Positions 9,773 to 17,559 of a stretch of DNA of 23,430 bases are shown here, in pieces (the stretch's first letter is position 1; every line of letters begins with the position of its first letter). Position numbers and translations under genes: made by a program. The notes beneath the pieces were generated by a model. It was not told the DNA's origin, ran no database searches, and saw only the letters and a list, made by a program, of their open reading frames with translations. The DNA is from Bacteriovoracaceae bacterium (lineage in GTDB: Bacteria > Bdellovibrionota > Bacteriovoracia > Bacteriovoracales > Bacteriovoracaceae), in the NCBI GenBank assembly GCA_049599895.1, contig JBMYPC010000043.1, positions 1 through 23,430 of the forward strand, written 5' to 3'.

Positions 9773-11771
9773 AAGTATAACCTTTCTGATGTTTTGGTTT
9801 TAACTCTTCAATAAAATTTAGCATATCCCTTGGATCTAATATGAATACAGGCTTACCACACTCCATAATGGAGACCCCTGATATGAAAATATCTGCTGGG
9901 CTAAATTCAGGATTCGGCTTTACAACTAAACTTGTCGATTGATTGATCGTGTCGGCTAGCAAGGCCACCCTTTTATCGTAGAGGTCGATAACACAAACAG
10001 ATGCTGTCGTTGTGATACCCTCTGTTGTCTTATTATGCTTTTTAATAAAAGAATCCTGTAACTTATAGCACTGGATAAACTCGTCATTGTATTTATACAA
10101 AAAGTCCTGACCATTTTTCTTGAGGGCAAATTTTGAGATTGTTTTAGTGTAAATTACAAACTTAGAGTCAAGTGCGTAACTGAGACCATTAACATCAATG
10201 ATTAAGGCTGAAATTACTGACAACCCTAAAGGAAGTTCAATATTGAAGCTTGATCCTTTCCCAATCTCAGTTTTTACATTAATATTTCCGCCAAGCTGTC
10301 CTATGGCCGTCTTTACAGCATCCATTCCCACACCACGGCCAGAAACATCGGTTACTTTCTTGGCTGTAGAAAATCCAGGTTTAAAAATTAAATCAATGGC
10401 CTCTTGTGGGGTTTCAACGTCACTAACGTCAAGTCCTTTTCTTTTCGCACTTTCTAAAACCATTTCATGGTCAATACCTTTTCCATCATCTTTAATTGTT
10501 ATCAAAACATTATTGCCATTGACCTTAGCAGATAGTTCAATTGTTCCTATTTCATCTTTTCCTACTTCCACACGGTCTTTATTACTTTCAAGTCCATGAT
10601 CCATTGCATTTCTGATAAGGTGAACGAGGGGTTCTGCTAGCTTATCAATGACTTTTTTATCGAGTTTAGTTTCCTCTCCATTTGTAACAAAATTGATCTT
10701 TTTAGAGGACTGTGTGGTATATGTGCGAACAATCTTGTCCATCCGAGTAAAGACATTTTTTAAAGATCCCATTCTCATTTCCATAACTTTGGATTCAATT
10801 TCATGAATGTTTCTTTTCATGGAGGCATCTAAAGACTCAAAGGTCTGCAAAAAGTTAAGATCCTTTTTAATCCAATTCTTATTTTGCTCAAACAAAAAGA
10901 GCATTTGATTTCTAATGAGAAAGATTTCCCAAATATTTTCCAGAGTATCGTTGACCTGTCCAAGTGGGACTCTTAAAACTTCATTTGCATTATTATTTTT
11001 TGTTGAGGAGTTACCCTTGGAGTTGTTTTCCTTAGCGACGTTCTCCGTTTTTTCATTTTTACCGGGACTTTCACTGTTTTTCTCGTCGCCTGGCAGAAAA
11101 ATCCAATTAAATGTTTCGTTGTTTTTAAGCTTTTCTAAAATATGATCTACTGAGCTTGAGGTTTTAGATTCAATCATAAAGATTATGCCCATTGAACCAT
11201 CTTCTAATTCTTCCTCATGAAGTTTTTCAATTTGAGCTTTTTTAAGGATCTCAATATATTTTTCTGATTTCTCCAAAGGCAGTCGTATTTCAAATAAAGG
11301 AATCTTTTTGCTGGTAAGATCCTCAATAACGGCTTCAAAATCACTAATGAATTTTTTAAAGTAATTTGATGTAAATTTGTTTTCATGGTGAGAGTTATCT
11401 TCTCCTTCAATCGAGACCTGCGCACCCATTTGAAGAAGCTCTGATTGGTCGTCATTTATCAGAAGGTCTTCTATTATATCAACCTGCTCTTGAATAAAGA
11501 AAAGTTCTTTTTCTGTAATTTTTGAGGCGTCCTCTTTGGCCTTGCCCAAGTAAGTTTCAAGCTCATGGGCAACTTTATGGGTGTTGTCTAAGGCAAACAT
11601 TGAGCTTGCCCCTTTTATAGTATGGATTCCTCTAAAGATTTCATTAATTTGGTCTTGCTTTGATGAGCTTTCTAAAAAATCGGATAGTAAAGAATTAATA
11701 TTCTGAATAATATCCTTACTTTCCTCTAGGAACTCATTTTTTAGTTCAATATCTTCTTCGTTTCCTTCCAC
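9756..11771 (-). CDS. cheA: Chemotaxis histidine kinase CheA
   Basis: HPt FRGIHTIKG; HATPase HLIRNAMDHG, DDGKGID, FKPGFSTA, SGRGVGMD; C-terminal CheW (P5) domain; GTG start. Confidence 0.95.
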   Translation of the reverse strand: MEGNEEDIELKNEFLEESKDIIQNINSLLSDFLESSSKQDQINEIFRGIHTIKGASSMFALDNTHKVAHELETYLGKAKEDASKITEKELFFIQEQVDIIEDLLINDDQSELLQMGAQVSIEGEDNSHHENKFTSNYFKKFISDFEAVIEDLTSKKIPLFEIRLPLEKSEKYIEILKKAQIEKLHEEELEDGSMGIIFMIESKTSSSVDHILEKLKNNETFNWIFLPGDEKNSESPGKNEKTENVAKENNSKGNSSTKNNNANEVLRVPLGQVNDTLENIWEIFLIRNQMLFLFEQNKNWIKKDLNFLQTFESLDASMKRNIHEIESKVMEMRMGSLKNVFTRMDKIVRTYTTQSSKKINFVTNGEETKLDKKVIDKLAEPLVHLIRNAMDHGLESNKDRVEVGKDEIGTIELSAKVNGNNVLITIKDDGKGIDHEMVLESAKRKGLDVSDVETPQEAIDLIFKPGFSTAKKVTDVSGRGVGMDAVKTAIGQLGGNINVKTEIGKGSSFNIELPLGLSVISALIIDVNGLSYALDSKFVIYTKTISKFALKKNGQDFLYKYNDEFIQCYKLQDSFIKKHNKTTEGITTTASVCVIDLYDKRVALLADTINQSTSLVVKPNPEFSPADIFISGVSIMECGKPVFILDPRDMLNFIEELKPKHQKGYTYGKCA

Positions 11772-11781
11772 AATTGATCCT

Positions 11782-12216
11782 CTAAGCAGCCTTTAGCTGT
11801 CTTCTATTTTCACCTTGAGGGCTATTTTGATTTTGTTCAGACCCTAGGCCTTCTTTCACTTGCGAGACATCTTCTTTAATCTTCTCAATTACTGTTTTAA
11901 TCTCCACAAGTGAACTTTGAGTTTTTTCCGAGAGTTTACTCACTTCATCTGCAACAACGGAAAAGCCCTTTCCAGCATGGCCAGCTCTTGCTGCTTCAAT
12001 GGATGCGTTTAATGCCAAGAGGTCTGTCTTTGAAGCAATATCGTTAATTATTTTAATAATAAGGTCTGCTTCGCCTACTGTCTTTGTAATCTCATCCAAG
12101 GCCTTTTTTGTATGGGTAAGTGTGTCTTCCAAATGGCGTACTCTATTTTCTGCGAAGCCATTTGTATTGCATTCCTTATAGTTATGTTTGCTTTGCTCAT
12201 TTTCTAATTCTGCCAT
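11782..12216 (-). CDS. Very short soluble chemoreceptor (MCP signalling tip only, 144 aa)
   Basis: [38 protein letters not shown]; no TM or sensor domain; ATG 12216 has a GGAGGA RBS. Confidence 0.9.
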   Translation of the reverse strand: MAELENEQSKHNYKECNTNGFAENRVRHLEDTLTHTKKALDEITKTVGEADLIIKIINDIASKTDLLALNASIEAARAGHAGKGFSVVADEVSKLSEKTQSSLVEIKTVIEKIKEDVSQVKEGLGSEQNQNSPQGENRRQLKAA

Positions 12217-12249
12217 TTTATCCTCCAAATAGCGTAAACCATACAAAAG

Positions 12250-12276
12250 GTATCGGTATTAACCGAGAATACTTTA
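12250..12276 (-). promoter_or_regulatory. Sigma28 (FliA)-type promoter upstream of mcp-cheA-cheW-cheV
   Basis: Minus strand TAAA-N15-ACCGATAC, compared with consensus TAAA-N15-GCCGATAA. Confidence 0.7.
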
Positions 12277-12306
12277 GCGTTTTTATTGAGAATGTCTTAG
12301 TGATTT

Positions 12307-13044
12307 TTAATATTTACCGACATCTAGGGTCTCAAGCCAATCCAGAAACCTTTGAACGTCCTTGCCTGTAAAAATAGAGCCATGTTGAGGACAAATCATA
12401 TCTGGGGAAAGCCGCCTTATTCGGTTTATCCATACTTTTTTATGTTCATTGGAAGGCATCCATCTGATGTGGAATTTTTCCATATATTGGACGTGCTTCT
12501 CAAAATCATCAACAAAAAGACTTGAGTCTGCCGGAACTAATGCCGAGCCAATATCACCAGAAAAAAGAATTTTACTGCTAGGATCGTATAAGTTGAGGTT
12601 GCCCGGAGAATGAAGAAAGTGGGCCGGAATAATTTTTACTTCTTTACCGTTATTTCCAATAGGGATGGTTAATTCTTTATCTGGAACAATCTCAAAATTA
12701 TTAGCACACTCCTTGCCAAAATGGGGGATAAAACCTTGCCATACCCAAGGGATGTAGACTTTTGCTTCTGGACACAATCCAAGCCATAAAGGCATAGACG
12801 ATAGAATGTCAGGGTCTTGATGGCTACAAAGAAGTTTTTTTACATTTTCAAGTCTTATGTTTTCAGTCATTGTACTTAATACACTTGGGAAGATTTCAGT
12901 TCCCCCTGGGTCAAGTAGCATGACTTCATCACCACTTATAATAGCATATTCGTTTGTATCGATAATTTCATCAGGTTTATTAGGATCTCGGCCTAAAGCG
13001 ATCCATGCATGGTCGCCATCATCAAATATTTTCCTACTGATCAC
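12307..13044 (-). CDS. MBL-fold oxygen-binding di-iron protein (ODP-like)
   Basis: LLDPGG, SHQDPDI, PAHFLHSPGN, FSGDIG, FHIRWMPS, PQHGS; no flavodoxin domain; adjacent to a sensorless MCP. GTG 13044 with GAGG RBS preferred over 13092. Confidence 0.85.
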   Translation of the reverse strand: MISRKIFDDGDHAWIALGRDPNKPDEIIDTNEYAIISGDEVMLLDPGGTEIFPSVLSTMTENIRLENVKKLLCSHQDPDILSSMPLWLGLCPEAKVYIPWVWQGFIPHFGKECANNFEIVPDKELTIPIGNNGKEVKIIPAHFLHSPGNLNLYDPSSKILFSGDIGSALVPADSSLFVDDFEKHVQYMEKFHIRWMPSNEHKKVWINRIRRLSPDMICPQHGSIFTGKDVQRFLDWLETLDVGKY

Positions 13045-13693
13045 TTTCCACCTCGTCTTTAATATTAAGACCGCTAAGGAAGCTTTTAGCAAAATCTGTT
13101 ATAGGCCCCATATTTTTTTCTAAGCAAAGAAATGACTCCTTTACTTTCTCAATAGCTTCCTCCAACTCATTAGCAGTTACTTCATAGTCTGTCTCACCAT
13201 CTTCTTGGGCCATTTCAATCTTCATATTATTGATTGATATCCATACTTTTTTTACTAAGGTCGTTAACCTGTCTAAAATTATGTTGATTTTCTTGATTTG
13301 CTCTAAAGATTTTTTACATGAATTACCCATTTTAAGACTGAAACGATGAATTGCCTTTTCGACAACGGACTTGTCTACACTATTATGAACAAGTTCTTTC
13401 GCCTCAAGAAGTTTTTTTCTGTGGGCCTCTACGGTGCTGAATGCGAGAGAGAATTTCGATAGGCTTGTCGCTTGATCAAATAGTTCATTTGTAATTTCTT
13501 TGAGATCAATTGAAAGTGTACCAAGCTTTTGGGAGATGGTTATTAGGGCCTGCTCACTGCTTGGGTTTAATTTTATCTTATCTGATAATAATGATGCATT
13601 TAAAGAGATTTCAAAAACAGAATCAAAGTATTCCTTGAGTCTCTGAGACTCAAAAAATACTTGATTTGATGATCTATAGAGATTCGAAGTCAT
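13034..13693 (-). CDS. Helical protein with two degenerate MCP-tip-like motifs
   Basis: ISLNASLLSDKI...ALITISQKLGTLS and ISINNMKIEMAQEDGETDYEVTANELEE resemble LALNAxIEAARAGExGRGFAVVAxEVRKLA; overlaps the ODP start by 11 nt. Confidence 0.65.
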   Translation of the reverse strand: MTSNLYRSSNQVFFESQRLKEYFDSVFEISLNASLLSDKIKLNPSSEQALITISQKLGTLSIDLKEITNELFDQATSLSKFSLAFSTVEAHRKKLLEAKELVHNSVDKSVVEKAIHRFSLKMGNSCKKSLEQIKKINIILDRLTTLVKKVWISINNMKIEMAQEDGETDYEVTANELEEAIEKVKESFLCLEKNMGPITDFAKSFLSGLNIKDEVESDQ

Positions 13694-13756
13694 AGCTCGT
13701 TTAACTTTCCTTTTTCAAAGATGTAAGCGTTCACAGTGTATTTCTTTAGTATTATC

Positions 13757-13783
13757 TTTTCGGTAATTTTTAGAAATCATTGA
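13757..13783 (-). promoter_or_regulatory. Sigma28 (FliA)-type promoter at the head of the chemosensory operon
   Basis: Minus strand TCAA-N15-ACCGAAAA, about 65 bp upstream of ATG 13693. Confidence 0.6.
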
Positions 13784-13937
13784 GGTTTTGAGGTGCGGTA
13801 TGGGATATTAGCGAACTCTTTTTTACAAATGACCGACGACGCAGGTTTGGTATAACTTATTTGAGACTCTGCAAAGTGATCCATAGAAAAAACTTAATGC
13901 TCAAGAAGTATTTTGATTGCTCTAAGGATAACTTTAA

Positions 13938-14076
13938 TTTGGTTATAATAAAGGCGCTATTGGCCAATTGATAGCAAATTTAATTTTTATTTGGCCATTT
14001 CTGACACTACAAATTTTACTGTTGGATTACTATGATAGATTATCCGACTTGGTAAATCTTCTCCAACGTGAAGCTG
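13938..14076 (+). repeat. Right copy of ~139-bp inverted repeat (partner 4108-4245)
   Basis: ~94% identical to the reverse complement of 4108-4245; contains TATAAT at 13944-13949 and an internal TGGCCAA...TTGGCCA stem. Confidence 0.95.
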
Positions 14077-14128
14077 CTTAAGCTCAACTTTAGACTCTAT
14101 TTTTCCTGATTTATTTTATCTCGAAGCC

Positions 14129-14275
14129 TCAGCGAAAGTTTCTTTCAATTCTTTTCTTGATAACAGGAGATGGATTAGCGAAGGCGTTGAGTTCTGAAAT
14201 CAAGGTATCGGTTGCATGCCCAAACTCATAATTTCCGTCTCGTTTCTTGGGATAAATGTATCCCGTTTTTCGCAT
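14129..14275 (-). CDS. Small basic hypothetical protein (48 aa)
   Basis: MRKTGYIYPKKRDGNYEFGH...; ATG 14275 with GAAGGGA RBS, just downstream of the 14301..14801 stop. Confidence 0.45.
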   Translation of the reverse strand: MRKTGYIYPKKRDGNYEFGHATDTLISELNAFANPSPVIKKRIERNFR

Positions 14276-14300
14276 TTTTGATCCCTTCGACTCTTTGAAT

Positions 14301-14801
14301 TCAACCTCTCGTACGATAGCGAATGATGACGGAGGGATTGAGAGTGATTTTTCCTCGACGATAACCAATGAGTCTGGATCGCATAAGATTTTTTAGGCTA
14401 TACGAAAAGTCGAGATCATCCATTTCAAATTCTGGGTAGCTTTTCCAAAGTACTTTAAGTTCTTGATGCATATCTTCTTCTCTCTTTCGAAACTTCCCAA
14501 GGTCTCTTAAATGATAGAAGAGAAAGCATTCTTTTTTATCGGTCTCAAGTCCAAGCTCTGTGAGGATGTTTTCGAGAAGTTCGGAGACTGCTTGATAGTT
14601 TCGATTCTTGCCATATTGGTTGGCGAGAGAACCTAAGTTTTTAAAAAATGTGTCAATTTTAAATACTAAATTGTCATGGATCGCATAAGTACTGACCGTT
14701 GAGTCATTACTTATGTGGATGCATTTTCTGAGAAGCTGGTTTAACAATTCAGTATTGGTAAACGTTGAATTTTCTAATATTCGTGCAATTGTCTCTTCCA
14801 C
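14301..14801 (-). CDS. Hypothetical protein, possible C-terminal winged helix
   Basis: 166 aa ORF, GTG start with AAGGAA upstream; ...FSYSLKNLMRSRLIGYRRGKITLN resembles a wHTH wing. Confidence 0.6.
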   Translation of the reverse strand: MEETIARILENSTFTNTELLNQLLRKCIHISNDSTVSTYAIHDNLVFKIDTFFKNLGSLANQYGKNRNYQAVSELLENILTELGLETDKKECFLFYHLRDLGKFRKREEDMHQELKVLWKSYPEFEMDDLDFSYSLKNLMRSRLIGYRRGKITLNPSVIIRYRTRG

Positions 14802-14851
14802 TTATCTGTTCCTTACAGATGCATTCCACAAGCGCATTTGTATCCTCGCGA

Positions 14852-15253
14852 TTAACTAAAGAGCTTTGAAAACTCTGGCCTTTTATTTTTCCTTCGTGGT
14901 TTCTTTTTACTGAAGTCCGATACTTTTTCTGGCTTGAGAGGATCTTTGATGGGCCCAAATGTCTTTTTTTGAACTTTAAAGTTCTGAGTTTTGGCGATCG
15001 ATACTTTTAGGGTTCTCCCGTTATGAAGTAAGCCGTTGACATTAGCAATCGCTTTGTTGGCATCTTCTAAAGAGGTCATTTCGACAAAAGCGACTCCCTT
15101 GCTTTTATTCTCTTTTCCTTCACGCATAATCTTAATGTTTTTGATGTAGCCATATTTTTTGAAAAGTCCAAGAACGTGGTCTTCGTCTAGTTTATAATGA
15201 AGGTTTCCAACATATAGAGAATGGGATCGTGATTTTTGTTTACTCATCACCAT
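14852..15253 (-). CDS. RRM RNA-binding protein with Lys-rich tail
   Basis: RNP2 LYVGNL, RNP1 KGVAFVEM, GRTLKVSIA. Confidence 0.9.
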   Translation of the reverse strand: MVMSKQKSRSHSLYVGNLHYKLDEDHVLGLFKKYGYIKNIKIMREGKENKSKGVAFVEMTSLEDANKAIANVNGLLHNGRTLKVSIAKTQNFKVQKKTFGPIKDPLKPEKVSDFSKKKPRRKNKRPEFSKLFS

Positions 15254-15431
15254 AACCTACAGGAAACAGGGAACTTAGTATCCTTAATCTATAATTTATA
15301 CATGCGACAGTCGAAACTTCGTCTTTTCAGTCGCTTACGCGATATTCCTTCTTTCCTATAACTATTTTTTTAAATTTACAGGTAAGTGATTTGAATATAC
15401 ACCTATAGTTGATTTTAAAAGAGGAGAATCT

Positions 15432-15626
15432 ATGGCAACAGGAACTGTTAAATTTTTTAATGATGAGAAAGGATTTGGATTTATCACTCCAGACGATGGT
15501 GGGAAAGATATTTTTGTTCATATCTCAGCAGTTGAAAAAGGAACATTATCAAACGATGAGAAAGTTTCTTATGAAATAGGCGAAGGTGCTAAAGGCCCTT
15601 GTGCTGTTCAAGTTAAGTCTATTTAA
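15432..15626 (+). CDS. cspA: Cold-shock protein (CspA family)
   Basis: [42 protein letters not shown]. The symbol is family-level only. Confidence 0.95.
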   Translation: MATGTVKFFNDEKGFGFITPDDGGKDIFVHISAVEKGTLSNDEKVSYEIGEGAKGPCAVQVKSI

Positions 15627-15633
15627 GGATAAG

Positions 15634-15659
15634 AGGACAAAGGTGCATGCCTTTGTCCT
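15634..15659. terminator. Hairpin between convergent csp and oxidoreductase genes
   Basis: AGGACAAAGG-tgcatg-CCTTTGTCCT. Confidence 0.65.
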
Positions 15660-15677
15660 TACACCTCTTTCTTTAGA

Positions 15678-16820
15678 TTAAGCCTTTAGAATTTCTCCAG
15701 CAGTTCTTATCCCTGAAGCAATCGCCCCGTTGATTGAGGGGTCCTCCATGTGATCACCACAATGATAAAACCCATCTTTATAAATTTGATCTTTTCCATA
15801 AGCTGGAGAGGTAGGTAACGCTTTTGTAACATTATAGCGCTTGAGATGCCGAAAGCTTGATCCCGGAAACCAGGTTGAAAGCTCTTTCTGAACAATTGAA
15901 ACATCTGCATCATAATTTTCCTTCAATAAGTTTACAGAAAAAAGTTCTTCACTATTGCTGCCTTTATACTCAGGTGCAACAACAGAAAGAGGGGCGATGT
16001 GATTGATGAGACCGCTTTTTCGTCCTTTGAGATAAAGAGAGGGCTGCTTTAATTTTAAATTAGAGACAAAATAATCTGTTGTCACGGGATTGAAGTCATT
16101 GCTTTTATCAGCATAAGCTTTTACGACGATATCGAATTCTTCTCCATCAACTGATGTTGAATTGAATGATTCCACTTTATGATTCAGCTTAAATAAAACT
16201 GAAGGGAGTTCTTCTTTGATACTCAAGGGCAGCTGATGCATACCTTTCGCCGGTAAACAGGCGGGAGACTTTGAAAATATATGAAAAAGAAAATGAAAAA
16301 AATGGGCGGGAGTCATCAGCTCTCTTTCGAGAAAAACTCCGGAGAAGAATGGACGAAAGAAGTTTTCGATGATTTCAGTACTAAAGCCTAATTCGATGAG
16401 ATAATCATATGTCGAAAGCTTCATTGAGGGCTTAGAGGCAATTTTTAGTTTGAGTATCGAGATCTTATCCTTAAAGCTTCCAATCGGGGCCATAAGAGTT
16501 GAAAAGAAGGAACTTGGTTCTCTGATTGGGTCACCTACATAAAAAAACTTCTGGTCCTTGTAAATGTTGGCGCCTGGAGTGAATTCTTTTAGTTCTAATT
16601 TTTGATGGTTTAAAATTTTTGCAGCAATGGGATAACCTGGAAGATAAACCTGGAAGCCGTGATCTAAAGTGTAGCCTTCGATATTCGAGCTATAGACTCG
16701 TCCTCCTACTTCTGGGTTTTGATCATAAATCGTGATTTTGTTTTCTTGAGATTCTAAAAGTGTTTTGGCACAAGTTAATCCAGCTAGCCCGGCTCCAATG
16801 ATCGCGATTGATTTTGTCAT
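15678..16820 (-). CDS. FAD-dependent oxidoreductase (amine oxidase/HemY-like family)
   Basis: IAIIGAGLAGL Rossmann motif, VGGRV, LDHGFQV, C-terminal CGDH...SINGAIASG. Confidence 0.85.
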   Translation of the reverse strand: MTKSIAIIGAGLAGLTCAKTLLESQENKITIYDQNPEVGGRVYSSNIEGYTLDHGFQVYLPGYPIAAKILNHQKLELKEFTPGANIYKDQKFFYVGDPIREPSSFFSTLMAPIGSFKDKISILKLKIASKPSMKLSTYDYLIELGFSTEIIENFFRPFFSGVFLERELMTPAHFFHFLFHIFSKSPACLPAKGMHQLPLSIKEELPSVLFKLNHKVESFNSTSVDGEEFDIVVKAYADKSNDFNPVTTDYFVSNLKLKQPSLYLKGRKSGLINHIAPLSVVAPEYKGSNSEELFSVNLLKENYDADVSIVQKELSTWFPGSSFRHLKRYNVTKALPTSPAYGKDQIYKDGFYHCGDHMEDPSINGAIASGIRTAGEILKA

Positions 16821-16987
16821 ATATTAGTCCTGTTTGAAGCAATAGGTTCATTATAAGAGATTTTTTATTCTTTGAGGTGATGTCTCTGGATCGTATAACT
16901 AAAAATATAAGGGGGGCTTGCCTTAGAAAGGGAAAAACTATGCTGAGAAGATCTCCCAGCATATTACTAAGTTTTGAGAAATGAAAT

Positions 16988-17014
16988 GGGCAAAAGAGTG
17001 TGGTACTTTTGCCC
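16988..17014 (-). terminator. Hairpin downstream of second RRM gene
   Basis: GGGCAAAAG-N9-CTTTTGCCC followed by a T-rich tract on the minus strand. Confidence 0.6.
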
Positions 17015-17029
17015 CTTTATTTTTGGGTC

Positions 17030-17320
17030 TTACCAGCGGTTTCTTCCACCACCACCACCAGAGTTTCTTCTTTCTTGTGGCTTTGCTTCATTAACACGTA
17101 GATTTCGACCATCGAACTCTTTACTATCTAAGTTTGTAATTGCTTCTTCAGCTTCAGCTGGGCTTGCCATTTCAACAAAGGCAAAGCCTTTGCTTCGACC
17201 AGTATCTCTATCTGTGATAATTTTACATGATTTAACTGATCCAAAAGCTTCAAAGTGCGACTTTAGAGTGTCTTCAGTTGTGTTAAAAGATAAGTTTCCG
17301 ACATAAATTTTTGAACTCAC
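17030..17320 (-). CDS. Glycine-rich RRM RNA-binding protein (96 aa)
   Basis: GTG 17320 with AAGGAGA RBS; KIYVGNL, KGFAFVEM, GRNLRVNEAKP, GGGGG tail. The upstream 84 codons in the ORF track are probably not coding. Confidence 0.92.
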   Translation of the reverse strand: MSSKIYVGNLSFNTTEDTLKSHFEAFGSVKSCKIITDRDTGRSKGFAFVEMASPAEAEEAITNLDSKEFDGRNLRVNEAKPQERRNSGGGGGRNRW

Positions 17321-17559
17321 AATAATCTCCTTGCAGTACAATTTTAAATAAGATGAATTGAACGAGAGAAAATTAGAAAGACAGCTTTTAAAGAACTCAA
17401 GACAATTGTAAGCACTTCTAGCACTAATATTGATACAAAGCAAATCCCTATGGGGAGTTGCTGTTTCTAACAATTTAAGATACTTATTGAGAACACTTAG
17501 TCTTAATTGAGTTGAAGATCTTTTTTCTTTTTTAATTCTAGCGAAATTGAAAGGAAAAT

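Noticed and set aside
4108..14076. Composite transposon or IS call for the inverted repeats
   Set aside because: No transposase ORF or recognisable fragment and no target-site duplication; kept only as a repeat.
16974..17306. 110-aa plus-strand ORF and the other short antisense or nested ORFs (e.g. 4868-5200, 6811-7119, 10198-10599, 12857-13123)
   Set aside because: Shadow frames of well-supported genes with no motifs of their own.
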